This document shows positions 23,811 to 35,575 of a DNA stretch of 64,000 nt, piece by piece. Position numbers and translations under genes: made by a program. Below the pieces are notes generated by a model, which did not search any database, was not told where the DNA came from, and saw only the letters and a list, made by a program, of their open reading frames with translations. Source of the stretch: Mizuhopecten yessoensis (taxonomy: Eukaryota); NCBI RefSeq assembly GCF_002113885.1, contig NW_018480075.1:827860-891859 (forward strand). The letters are read 5' to 3'. Within the stretch, counting starts at the first letter, position 1, and every line of letters begins with the position of its first letter.

Positions 23811-26800
23811 TTTTTATTTTTTGATCACATGATCGAATTCGAACATGTTAGCATGCGTGTTATATTTGCATGTGCCAATTAAAGCAAATAATGCAAAATA
23901 TTGATTTGTGATATGCAAATATACATCATTAATTATTTTAACAAAACAAAGCGCAAAACTTGTTTGTTTGATTAACACTAACCACTTGACTACGGCTACG
24001 CTATGTATAACCCCACTGGACATCTGTGTCACATGCCAACGAGAGATAAACGAACAATCGTTTAAAAACAGTGTAGCCTCAAGGAAAGTATCTTGATTTA
24101 ATTAATCTCTGCTAAAACTGTGTTGTCTGGATGCAGGTACAATTGTTCCTTTAATCTCACTATGACGTGATTATTTGATTAACTTTTGTCTACCCAATTT
24201 TGTTGCATGCTACTTGCCAAATGTGTGTTCATTTCATTAACCTATGTTTTAATCGGCTTGTATACAGAAATGTACATAATGTAAATTTCATTCGTTATAC
24301 CACGCAGTACTATTGTGCAATGACTTCAAAAGCAGCGACAGTATGATGGCTTACACTTCGTCATCAAATGGTTCCGTCCTCGGTGTCATGATTCTACTTT
24401 TGACTCTGTTATTTTCTCATGATAAAAATCGATGTCCCTGTATCCACTATTTTGCAGATGATACAAGTTAATAAGTCTGGGAACTGTTACGTAATCCTGC
24501 ATACCTGTGATCACAAAGTAATGGTGTGATCATGCAGCAGCGTAACGATATGATAGTTCTGTCTTGATCTCAGAGTAGCGCTTTGATAACATAAAAAAAA
24601 TATTGCGATTGATCAAGTTTTATATACGTAACCAATCAAATTGCTAACAGTGAACTTTGATACTGTCATGAAAAAATCTAAGGGTGCCCAGGAGATATGT
24701 AAATCGAGAAGGAAACCCATGGAATTTAAAGACGGATAACCAAGTACGAAACGGCGTTGACTTTTGAAAGCACAACGTTGCGTTAATTTAATACAGTTTC
24801 TTTGGTACAACTTCAGTTAAACGTAAGTTCAACATTGTTCATATGTTATCAGAGACAATTCATTTATTGTTTACGCTATCATAGTATTACTCGTATCAAT
24901 AAATGTCACCTTTCAAATTACAATGTCAATTTGGTTTTAAAAAAACATAAACGAAAGTTTCGGACCTGTGGACCTTCTGTCCTCTTGTGTAGTGGTCTTC
25001 CTTGTTAGTCTGGGAGTTATGTCGTCAAAACACAGTCATTTAGCAACGGGAAGCTGTTTGCTGTGTTTGTATAAAATTGTTCTTTAAAATACGTGTCAAC
25101 AGTAAGAGTGTTCCGTTGCTATAGTTATCATTGGAAACAAATGGATGACAAATATGATGTGATTTTATGTTTTTTCCTGTTCTTATTTGACATAAAAAAA
25201 AAAATATGAACACACACACAATACAATCTCTTCAGTCGTAGTGTATACAACTTTGAATTCATGCAGGGTTCTTTTCGCGTTGACGTCATGAAATACACAT
25301 AGTGTTGAAATAGCAGTACAACAGGTCGGTCCGTGATATTTTAACACGATAAAACGCCAAGTTAACACGCCAAGTTAAAACTTGTTTAATATTGCTTGTA
25401 TACCTTTTATAGTCTTGTTGACATTTTTGACGTTGAAATAATGCGGTGGTCTTAAAAATGATGCAACATTTGAATTTATACCTATCAACATTTTAAACTG
25501 TGTTTATAACGTGAATGGAATGCAGTTTTAATTGGCTGTTACATTAACATATTGGTCAGTAAAGCGAACTGTACTACTGTTTGTAGTCAGTCTCAAACTC
25601 AACTTACAATTGTGCACGGAACTGAAGACTTCGCTGCACTGTTGAATTTGCGGTGAATCTCTCCGCGAAAATGACACTGCTGCAAAAATCTACATTGAAT
25701 ATAGTTATACAAATATAACGAATGTACACTGTTTATCATACAATATCGGCGATGAGAAATTATCATAAATATTTCTGTTTGATTGTCAAGCTCTATTGTC
25801 ATGTAAGGTTGCCTTTGCATACCCCGTATGCTGTAGCTAAATTTGTGTATTTAATCAGGAAATTATTTTATATATAGAACCAAGTATGATTTTCCTACGA
25901 TCCGTGCCCACAATGTGACAATATATATAATGACATGACTCGTATAATTTTTACAACTCCCAAAATGTTATCTTAACTAAGGCGATCTATACATTTGATG
26001 TTCACACGTATTATTATGTACACAGGCGAAATGTCTTGACCTCAAAAACATCTTTACCTAAAGCTCATGCCAGATTCAGGTAACATTAACATAATACAAT
26101 TTTAATATCAATTCAATTTTCAGTTCGATTTTTCCATCGATTTTCACCGGAAATCAAGTGTTTAGCTCTTTTCAGGTAAAATTGACCAGATAGTTTTACC
26201 TTAAGTTAACATGAATTTGACCTGGATGGACATATGCTCTAAGGTGGTTTGTTGTGGTTAATACTCTGATTTTAAGTAACGTTCATTGATTCCTAACCAA
26301 GTCTGATTGTTGTAATGTTCGCAGAACGTGTTTATCGTACATTATCCTCGTTTATTTCCTATACGTGCATACTGACGTAAACGATTGTTTAACTGTAAAT
26401 TGAGTGTTCGGTCTCTAGGAAATGTCAAATCTGGTCAAAGACCGGGAATAAAGACAGGTGTGTTGTGTTGGTGCTAATTGCATTAGTAGGTGTACCTTCC
26501 AACGTTTGCTTTTGTTTGTATGGAGTTTCCAGTATAACAATGCAAGTGAACCACTTCCACTTTTCTGACAAAAATACGATCGACGTTCATGCGCAAGAAA
26601 TAATATCTATCTAAAGTCGCAGATTGCAAATAGAAACGTTTGCTCTGTAGACCTTTACTTATGACTAGGCATTAGAATGTTATCAAGAATTTAACAAGAC
26701 ATCTGCAGACTCATCCATTACAGACATCATGCTGCACCAAAACTCAATTAACTTGAAATACAGCATGGCATATAGAAATACACGTCATTACAGGTGTGCG

Positions 26801-27683
26801 ACAGTCTGAAGAAAGTTCCATTGTAATGTGTTCAGATGGTACACTAACCTGTCCGTCATCCAAAATGAGCGACTCTCTGCAGTTTTGCAGCAGATCTTGG
26901 GTATTAGACAGACTTTTCTACATCCGGGCTACCTGAAATTGAATTGGGTCTTCCCGTAGTTAACTGTTCTTTCCTGTGTACGACTAGAGAAACAATACGC
27001 TCCTACGTTATTTACGAATTCATGTATGTCCATACTAATTTTATTATTTCAGTGCAAGCAATTATTAAAAGTTTGTATTTTTACAAAGGACGAAAAATCC
27101 TTCGCGATAAAGCTTAAAGCGATTTATTGTCATACTTTTCATATACCTATTTTTAATAAACTTATTCAACTTCAGTGTACAAAAGTGAACATGTGATAAG
27201 AAAACAACCAATGTCACTGTGTCACTGTCAATAAATTCATAGAAAAGTATATTACCTAGCAATAAATGTATCCAAGTGTCATGAGATGAGTTGAAATAAA
27301 ATGTATGTATGTAAATATTGTATTCAATGTCTTCAAATAGAGCTTATATAGGCAAAGCCTGTTGCCCAATCCTTTTGTTTAATCAATAAAATATATTTGA
27401 AATGAAACATATAAAAGCCTGTCCATCCTGTCGCAGCTTATGCTTTAGTTGTCAAAAAATTCAATTCCTTGTTGGATTTCCAGCCAACGCAGATTGATTG
27501 GAAATCGTAAGGATAAGATTTTATGTCAATTTCTCAACATCAACAGATAAAAAATCTTATTTTCATTTTGAACGCTCTTTACGGTAACATCGACTTTTAA
27601 TAACAGAAATTCAAATATATTTCAGTGAGCTATCTTGTCACTTGTCATTGACTTTGCAAGAAAGAATTAATCTCAATCCTTAG

Positions 27684-27745
27684 TGCCCTAGACTTGTAAC
27701 CTCTATTTACAGGTTCGACTCCTAGCCGAGGCATTTGAGGAAAAG
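27684..27745 (+). mobile_element. tRNA-derived SINE head fragment
   Basis: B-box ggttcgactcc with partial tRNA-like context; no complete cloverleaf. Confidence 0.4.
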
Positions 27746-28517
27746 TACTACTTGTACTCTGGGGGGAAAAGAGGACAAGTTCTTTCTTTGAGTGGAATCA
27801 GCCTTTTAAATGCTAGCTGCGTCCTATCTGCTCTCATTACTCTATAGTTCATTTCGATGAAGCGTCAGATTATAAAGCCATAGGATCACGGTTTGATTCC
27901 CAGTAAAACAAAAATCAATACCTCTGGTGCATAGGTATATAATGAATAAATAATGATTGCCAAAAGCATTGCATCTGGCTTTTACTATTTTGGCTAACAT
28001 TTCATCAACTCCCACTGACGTTTTGCTGTCCAGTTGTGAAGTAATAGTTCTCACCCTCCTGTTTCAAATTCAAAAAAGTCAATGAAAAAATAGATTCTAA
28101 GCCATTATGTGTTTCTATAAATTAGCATATATTCTGGTGGACAGAGAGTTTAGCATTACTTTCAAGGTTTTAGCCAATACAACAGGCAACTGTAACTGGA
28201 ACTGGAACAGAGACAGTTTCATAATTTGCTTCTATCACTATGTTCTTCGTGTCTGTATTATTTGATATAAAACGGTTTGTGTGGCATTAGTTTAAGATAC
28301 ATTTAGAGAGCTATACATTTCCGCCCTATGAACCTTTTCTTTCTTGAGATAATACCCCCCTGTGATTTGGTCATTACCTCTGTCTGCGAGAGCACTGTTT
28401 GAGAATGCCTTATGCACTGTTAATTGGAACTGTGGTTCTTGTTCTGTAGCGTCTGGCGATCTCGTGATGCTATAATACGACCTCAGTGTGACCAATATCT
28501 AGACCAGACGGCGTGAT

Positions 28518-28586
28518 ATGGCCGAAAGTCAAACGCCCGCCGACGACACAGCTTCCGAATACGAAATCACAAATGACTTTACGCGT
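28518..28586 (+). CDS. Candidate first coding exon (MAESQTPADDTASEYEITNDFTR) of an unidentified gene
   Basis: Good ATG context (gatATGG), GC/CpG-rich, followed by donor-like gttagt; no homology recognised. Confidence 0.3.
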
Positions 28587-29129
28587 GTTAGTTATCCTTG
28601 GCCTAACCAGTCAAAATTAACAGTGTGATTTTTTATGTTTAGAGAATCTCCTACCTGTGATTATTAATTATGAATGTATATCATGTCTCGTGACAGATTC
28701 ACAAGTATAGTATACCATCTTTAGAAAGTCATTATAATCATTTTTTCTCAGTTGGGCAGATATCTAGTTTTTCCTATTGTCAATATATATTATAGATAAA
28801 TGATTTCTTTTTTAAACGCGATTTCTCGAATAGGATAAAATGCAACATAAGTATGATGGCATTGTTATTTGTGACGTCACTCGAAAGAGGAATAACAAAT
28901 CAATAATCTAAATAATCATTTCCAGTTTTCCATAAGGAATTCATAAAAAATCGTCCCCCAAAGTTTTATATACAGAACAATATTGTAGGAGCTACATTTT
29001 TTTACCCATTGTCGTTCCTTTCATTGGAATGTAATGTTCCTCATAAAATGTAAATGTATTGTTTTATTTTGGCTTGGTGTTTTTCGCTTCAAGTTCTAAT
29101 TAGCGTTGTTGATGACAATCGGTGGATCA

Positions 29130-29650
29130 GAGCCATATTGTCCAAGAGGTGCCGTAGCAAACTCAAACTCCTCACGAACATAGCTGTTCACCTCAGAATA
29201 TAAAGGTTTTAGAAGGATATCATTTAAATAAGTCAATCTTTGTGAAGAATCATTTGGTCCTCCTCTCATTGGTGATAACGTGAGGTCTGCCGGATTGTTG
29301 TATTAAACATCATCTTTGTTTTAAAGTATAATGGTTTCTCTTATCGGTGATGTCTTCTGAATATTCGGTAAACCATAAAACCAATTTTTCCCGAACTCAT
29401 TTTTAACGATCTTGTTGCGTTGTTATTTCGTCTTGTTTCCCATAAACGATTTTTGCATTTTTCTGCATTTTCAAGAATTTTTGATATTTATCTACTGAAG
29501 AAATTGTCTTCCATATTACTACCACTGCATTTCTTTTGTCTTCCACGTTTACTGACCTGTAGTAATTTTACAAAAGAGAAGGAATGTATAACCCTCGCTC
29601 TGTCGATGGATATGACGACCCTGATAAAAGAAGCTGACAGGGACACGTAG
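29130..29650. mobile_element. Decayed Penelope-like element RT fragment, rearranged (minus arm 29130-29550, plus arm 29555-29650)
   Basis: Minus arm: EDKRNAVVV..FYGLPNIQK..DLTLSPMRGGPNDSSQRLTYLNDILLKPLYSEVNSYVRE (matches the FYGLPKIHK..RPI.GP..LS..DILLKPL pattern). Plus arm: SNFTKEKE..LIKEAD. Confidence 0.7.
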
Positions 29651-32195
29651 TTTTAATTGTAATCCTTTCGAGTGACAAAAGATAAAAGACAAAAGAGAAA
29701 TACGCTGTAAAGTACGAATGCTGATGTGATAATAGAGTATATACGTCACAGATTCTTTTACCTGATCTAATTTTTTCAAATCATAAAATGTTGTGCGATA
29801 AACAACAATTTTCTAACTGTGAGTTTTGTCCTTTTTTCACAAAACCTTAATTTTTATGACGATATTCGAAAGTCAACCTTTCATTAACCTTTCGGTTTTT
29901 GTGACTTTTAATCCAGTTATAATGTCATTTGTTTTCTGGCATACTTTTGAAGTCCCTATAAAGACAATTACCCGTTCAAAGGATTGATTTAATGTTAGTT
30001 TAACAAAAGCAAAACAAAAACAAACACACAAAAACCAAAAAAAAAGGTGTTATTAAGGGGGAAGGTAAAAATTGATATTATTACAAACAATATCTAACAG
30101 TAGAAATGGGATAACAAGATCTCGAGCATGTAACCTCTTGACACTTGGGATTCGACCAGCGCAAGTCAGGCCACACTAGGTTACATTTGGAGTCAAACAC
30201 ACTCGACCGAACGACCTTGGGTGGCTAGTTTCTCATTTCTACAACCATCATTGTAAGCTTTAATGCAGCCTCATCATGTAAGCAGACAAAAATGCCAGGG
30301 AAAAATGCAACCGTTGTTTTTCAAGAGAGTTTTTTTATGGATAGAGACATTTAAATCTATCAATTAATAAAATTGCCCATAATGTGATATCCTGTGCTGT
30401 ATAAAGCTTTGAAAGATAAAAATAATAACGATCTTAATACTCTTGATTCGCCGTAGCCATTTGCTTAATTTTTTGCCTAGCTTCCGTGCCGTGTCTAGCC
30501 CGCAACACGATCGATAGTTAATCCCTCTGTTTGACACCGATCGACCCTCGAGTGGATAGTATATCAGGGATTTCGTGTCATCAACAACATTCCCATGTAA
30601 TACGGCGGTGAAATGTTATCTTTATTGAATTCTAATAAAATCACGTGATCAGTAATAGTGTCAGATTTAACCAAAAAAATCACATCATATTAAATATTAA
30701 GTGCAGTTAGAATGACAAGGATTTTAAATGGATTTCCAGGCGAGAGCAGGGCAATTTCACCATACCACCACTAGGGTTGTTGTTCTTTACTGTTGTTTTA
30801 GCTCACAAGGATTATGTTCGAGAGGGTGGGGATTGCGTGAAGGAGAATCGGGGTGAAATGTTTCTTTATTTGTCCTCTAGCTTGATGTTCCTTGTCATTA
30901 CTTTGGCCTTATAGATCGTATGATTAACGTGATTGATACAGAACATTCAGTGACGAGAAGGACATGCAATCAGAACAGTCAACAAATGTTGGTATCTTAC
31001 ATGTCCCTCAGTAAAGGGCACATACATTATCCTTTCTTTAAGGAGGCCTCAAATAACTCTAACATCTTGAGATTAAGGAAGAATAGAGCTGGCATATTCG
31101 GTTTCCTCCAAGTTTATTCATGAAACAGGCGAATTTTCCGAAATAACTTTAATTACTCCACTTATATTTTGACGCTCAAAGTTACACCTGATTTCTCAGC
31201 GCAATTATCAATTAGCGCTTCGTCCTTAAGCAAATGAACTTCGAAAAACGTGAATTTCTATAGTTAGCGTTATCAATAAATTATTGCACCAGCATAAGCT
31301 CGAAAAGCCAAATAAATAATTAAAGCAAAATACATTTACAAAAACACAATTTGTATCAATAGACATTATTAATCAGTCGACGACTCCACTCGTACTTGCC
31401 GAGTCGCGTGTCAGAAGCTATAGACTATGCACAGCGTGTCAATCGGGAATTCGAATTATCATTGCACCTTGACGAACCAATAGCGACGACCCTAACTTGT
31501 TTGAATTTCTATTGCATATATAAACACCAGACATGGACGAGAAAATGTTTTCAGCAACGACCTCCTGAGACTTTGTACGAAGCATGTTTAGAAGTTCGAA
31601 ACAGGTTGCCACTTATACCTAAAAACGAAACCACCCCTACAACTCACCGATATTTACACTTTACAAGTCTATGGGTCTTGTTGCATCCTAAAAAAAGTAA
31701 CTCTGTTTTACTCAAAGCGTTACTTAAAAATTAGTGATTAAAAATAACATATCAGCACGTTGAAAAGGTTCTTTCGTAAAATTATGTATTTTATATAGTT
31801 CCTTTTTTGTATGGCTGTTAATTTCTCTGCTTTTTCAGTCGTCATTTTACAAAGATAATAAATCCAGTGAAATATTTGTCATACCTTTAGAGTTGCTGAT
31901 CGGGAATTGATAATAAAATATAAATCAAAAGAATGATAATAATGTTAATTACGTTTATTGTATAAATCTGCGAAATATTGAACCAACAACAAATTGAAGC
32001 TTTGCAAAACACGCCCTTATTATGTAAGGTCGCATATATGAAAGGTGCTTATCTATTTAGCTGCTGTACGAAAACATCTAAATTTAAGTGTTTTGGCATT
32101 CTGCGTAAGGAGTGGGCGTGGTCTGATCGATTTCCTGACTGTACAGTAGATAATAACTCGGACATGAACAGAGGGCAATTTGTTTGTATCCCAGG

Positions 32196-32790
32196 GGTAG
32201 CAGTGTACAGTAGAGGGTTGTGGCCATGGGTGTTATTTTTGTTAAATGGCTAACCCCTGTATAATGATATGTAAAAAAAATATAAAAAGAAAACTGTACT
32301 AAAATTGGTATAAGCATGATGAAGTGGGATATGTGAGCTTCACATTTGTAAAAAAGAAACAGGTACACATGAAAAGCTAGCTTTACAGGAGGTAAAATTT
32401 TGACAACAGCACACGACGCAAAATTGCAAAAAATCAAGTTTTACAACTTTACTGGGACCCAGATAATTCTGCAACCAGGTAGGTAATCTTTAATTTCAGA
32501 CAGAGCTTAGGAAAAAAATTACTAGTTGCGGTGGTCAAATTTTGGGTTAAAAATAGCAATTTTTGCCATTTTTTGGTAATTTTTGATGTGTTAACCATGG
32601 TTTTCACACAAGTGACATACATAGAAAAAAGAGGTTTATACACTTCTCAGTACTTTATATGTATTGTAAATGTAATGCAGTTTACAAATATGTATACATG
32701 TGTTGTGTAGGGTAAATCCGCTGTGTTTACATTTCCTCGACATGTGCCTTGTTTATCAGAGTCGGGCCATTTCTACTGTACACTGCTACC
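32196..32790. mobile_element. MITE with perfect 19-bp TIRs and probable 3-bp TSD (agg)
   Basis: agg|ggtagcagtgtacagtaga ... tctactgtacactgctacc|agg. Confidence 0.8.
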
Positions 32791-33387
32791 AGGACTGTAT
32801 ATATATTGGAGTAGAAAGGTCTCTGTACAGATAGTAACTATTTAATGCAACAACAAAACATTTCCGGTAAATATAAGTATTTCGTTGCCACTCTGCAACT
32901 GCAAAACTATAAGCAATGGAATGGCAAGTATGTGCATTATTTTGCCTTCAGATATTTCGTTATTTCTATTTTTGTCTTACGTCAAGAATCTCCTGCAGGT
33001 AATAGACGACTATTTGGCCCCTGCCAAGACTTGACAATGCCATGCATGATTAGTGCTAATGCAATGCCACTATAAACCAATAAATATTGTCATTATATAC
33101 GAACGTGTTTCTTACGAATGCTTTACTTTGTAAATACTCATGAAACGAATATATTGTTTTCCCTGTTGAAATACCTGTCGTTTATTTCTTTTCTCTACTT
33201 TGATCTCTGAGTCTCTTTTGATCACCTTTTGATTTACATGTTCGGGGAAGAAATTGACCTGCAGTTTCCCACTGCATTGTCGTATGCGGCGACTAATATT
33301 GTCACCTCTACCCAATCTGGAGTGTTGTGCTTTATCTCCTACTTAGGAGACACGGACAAACCAAATAGAAGCAGTAGATATTTTTTC

Positions 33388-33461
33388 TTCCGCATACTGT
33401 CTACTCGTTATTCCGCATACTGTCTACTCGTTATTCCGCATACTGTCTACTCGTTATTCCG
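33388..33461. repeat. 23-bp unit x3 (ttccgcatactgtctactcgtta)
   Basis: Exact tandem triplication. Confidence 0.9.
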
Positions 33462-34229
33462 TTGGTGCCTTCTTTTGAATCCCTAATAAGCCTGTTGTCA
33501 GTTTTATGTGATAGAATGGAAATTATGCTTTCTTGTCCAAGGTAGGATATTTCAGTGTTAGGCAATTTAGAGTCGATTTTGATCAGTCGTGGACACCGTG
33601 TTCATATAAGCAGCTTATTGTTTCTGTACTATATTGATATCTTTACATGATGTCTCTCGCCTAGATGCATTAAGTCGATGTAAAACCCCAAACCAGTAGG
33701 TGATACGAGGAAACCTCGTGCCACAGATCAATCGCTCGTAATAATGATGTTTACAGTGTTATTTGTACTGTAGCTTAACACTAAATGTGGTGATAAACTA
33801 GGTTATCCCGGTATTTTGTCGCCGAGAACCGTGAACATAGAATCAGGTTACGGCGCTCACCCTTGACATTCGTTTGTTTCGTTGTTTCTGATTGTGAGAA
33901 AGTGTCAAAAATAGAATGAAGCTGTTTCATGCTGTTCTCCCACGTTATAACCTACAAGAATGCTTACTATGCACAAACTGCATTTTACGAGTTTATTATT
34001 GTGTTGCGCGCATCTTAACATTCGTGTAGGTTTATGTTCTATCATAGCATAGTGAAAAAGGAGATACGTTATGGATATAAGCAATAGTAAGTAATGATGT
34101 TTATTCTTTTGTTAACCAGTACTTGTTTAAATTTTGTTATTCATAAATAAAGGGGTTAACGAACCTCCAACTTCTATTTCAACAGTAGTTTAGACCAATT
34201 TATATTTCCAGCTATTCGGCCTCTAGCAA

Positions 34230-34268
34230 CATCGATGAGTCCCAGAAGGACGCAGCAGCTGTACGATG
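34230..34268 (+). ncRNA. Decayed minimal (Penelope-type) hammerhead ribozyme remnant
   Basis: catcg-atga-gtcc-cagaa-ggac-gcag-cagctg-ta-cgatg: stem I catcg/cgatg, stem II gtcc/ggac, palindromic stem III cagctg, GUA site; the CUGAUGA and GAAA cores are mutated. Confidence 0.45.
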
Positions 34269-34592
34269 CAGTGTAATTTATTTTGGAATACTGTGACTAT
34301 TAACAAATTTTAAAGGTACTATAACCAGTTTGTGTGTTATGTTAATTCTATGTATTTTCCAAAATTAATTTGGTGATAAATAAAAAGTAATTTACTTGTT
34401 ATCAAAATTAAAGGAAATATTTTGCATGTGGATTTAGTTGTATGGAAAGTTTGACATGAAGAGTATAAGTGATAATGTAGAATTCCATTTTAATTCGATT
34501 TGGCGAGTTGAGATTCTAAAAAGAAAAAATGCGACAATTATACATATTTTGCTTATTATCTCTTATAAACGTTATGTTTATCAGTATGATGT

Positions 34593-34762
34593 ACTGTAAG
34601 CGAACTTACTTTAGCGCATTCAAAGTTTAGCGCATTGTCGAATTTTAACAGATTAGCGCATTGATGAAAGAAAAGCATGCTATAGATAACAATATACAGA
34701 AATATTCAGTCATAATTGAGCGCTAAAATTAAGTCACCGCTAAAATATGTACGTTGATATAG
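34593..34762. mobile_element. Decayed TA-flanked mariner-type MITE
   Basis: tactgtaagcgaacttactttagcg ... cgctaaaatatgtacgttgatatag, imperfect TIRs with internal ttagcg/cgctaa repeats. Confidence 0.45.
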
Positions 34763-35015
34763 ATTATTATCGAATGAACAGTACCTTAAACACTCAAGAA
34801 TGTTTTTGACATTTATGTCATTTTGCTTCATTTCCCCTGTCACTCAACCTCATGTCTTGTAGGGAGGTCTGTTTTGCCTATCGATAGAAATACTGAATGA
34901 TTCCGCCTACATATGTATGTATCAACGTATGGTCAGATACTGCAGGAAGTTGAGATGGGTGCAGGATAGTCAACCAACCTTAAGTGTTGTCAATGCAATA
35001 AAAATAAAGATGAGT

Positions 35016-35290
35016 TCGTGTGCTAATATTGGTCCCAGTGGCGTTTAGCTAAAACGCGACCAAACTCGGCAATAGAAACGATATTTCTCATAAAATATTA
35101 ACTTCTTGCAAATGGAAATTAGAAACAAATTACCTCCCTTTGACGTTAAAGCTTGAAAAACCGGGATCCGTCCATTCAAAGTCCTATCAGCAGACATAAA
35201 GGCAAGTAAACACAAACACTACAATTCTTTAAAAGGTTTAGCTCGTGTGCTCATATTGGTCCCAGTGGCGTTTAGCTAAAATGAGACCAA
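35016..35290. repeat. Pair of 48-bp direct repeats (35016-35063, 35243-35290)
   Basis: tcgtgtgct(a/c)atattggtcccagtggcgtttagctaaaa(cgc/tga)gaccaa occurs twice. Confidence 0.85.
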
Positions 35291-35489
35291 TTTTGTTTTA
35301 TATTTTTGTTTTTGTCAAAATACAATGTTGTTAATGCAATTAACAGCACAGCAAGAGAAGCAAGTATACAAACTGACGAGAATACCAGCTTTCTGTAAAC
35401 GGTTGCTATGCGAACGTCCGGAGTCGGCTGTCCCAGGCACCTCCTACACAATTCCAGCTATTCTGGTAAACCTATTGTCTTTGTTTCAG

Positions 35490-35575
35490 GTTTCGCATGC
35501 CAGCAGCAGACTCCATGCCGCGCGTGATTCCCGCCAAAGAGATTAGCAGCGCCTGCAGACGACAGCGTGTGCATG
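35490..35575 (+). CDS. Candidate exon with ATG at 35497 (MPAADSMPRVIPAKEISSACRRQRVH, phase 1)
   Basis: Strong acceptor tgtctttgtttcag, GC-rich 86-nt body, donor G|gtaaaa. Confidence 0.45.

Noticed and set aside
27684-27745. Functional tRNA gene (also tRNA-like minus-strand segment at about 30135-30220)
   Set aside because: Only a B-box and partial arms; no complete cloverleaf, consistent with SINE heads.
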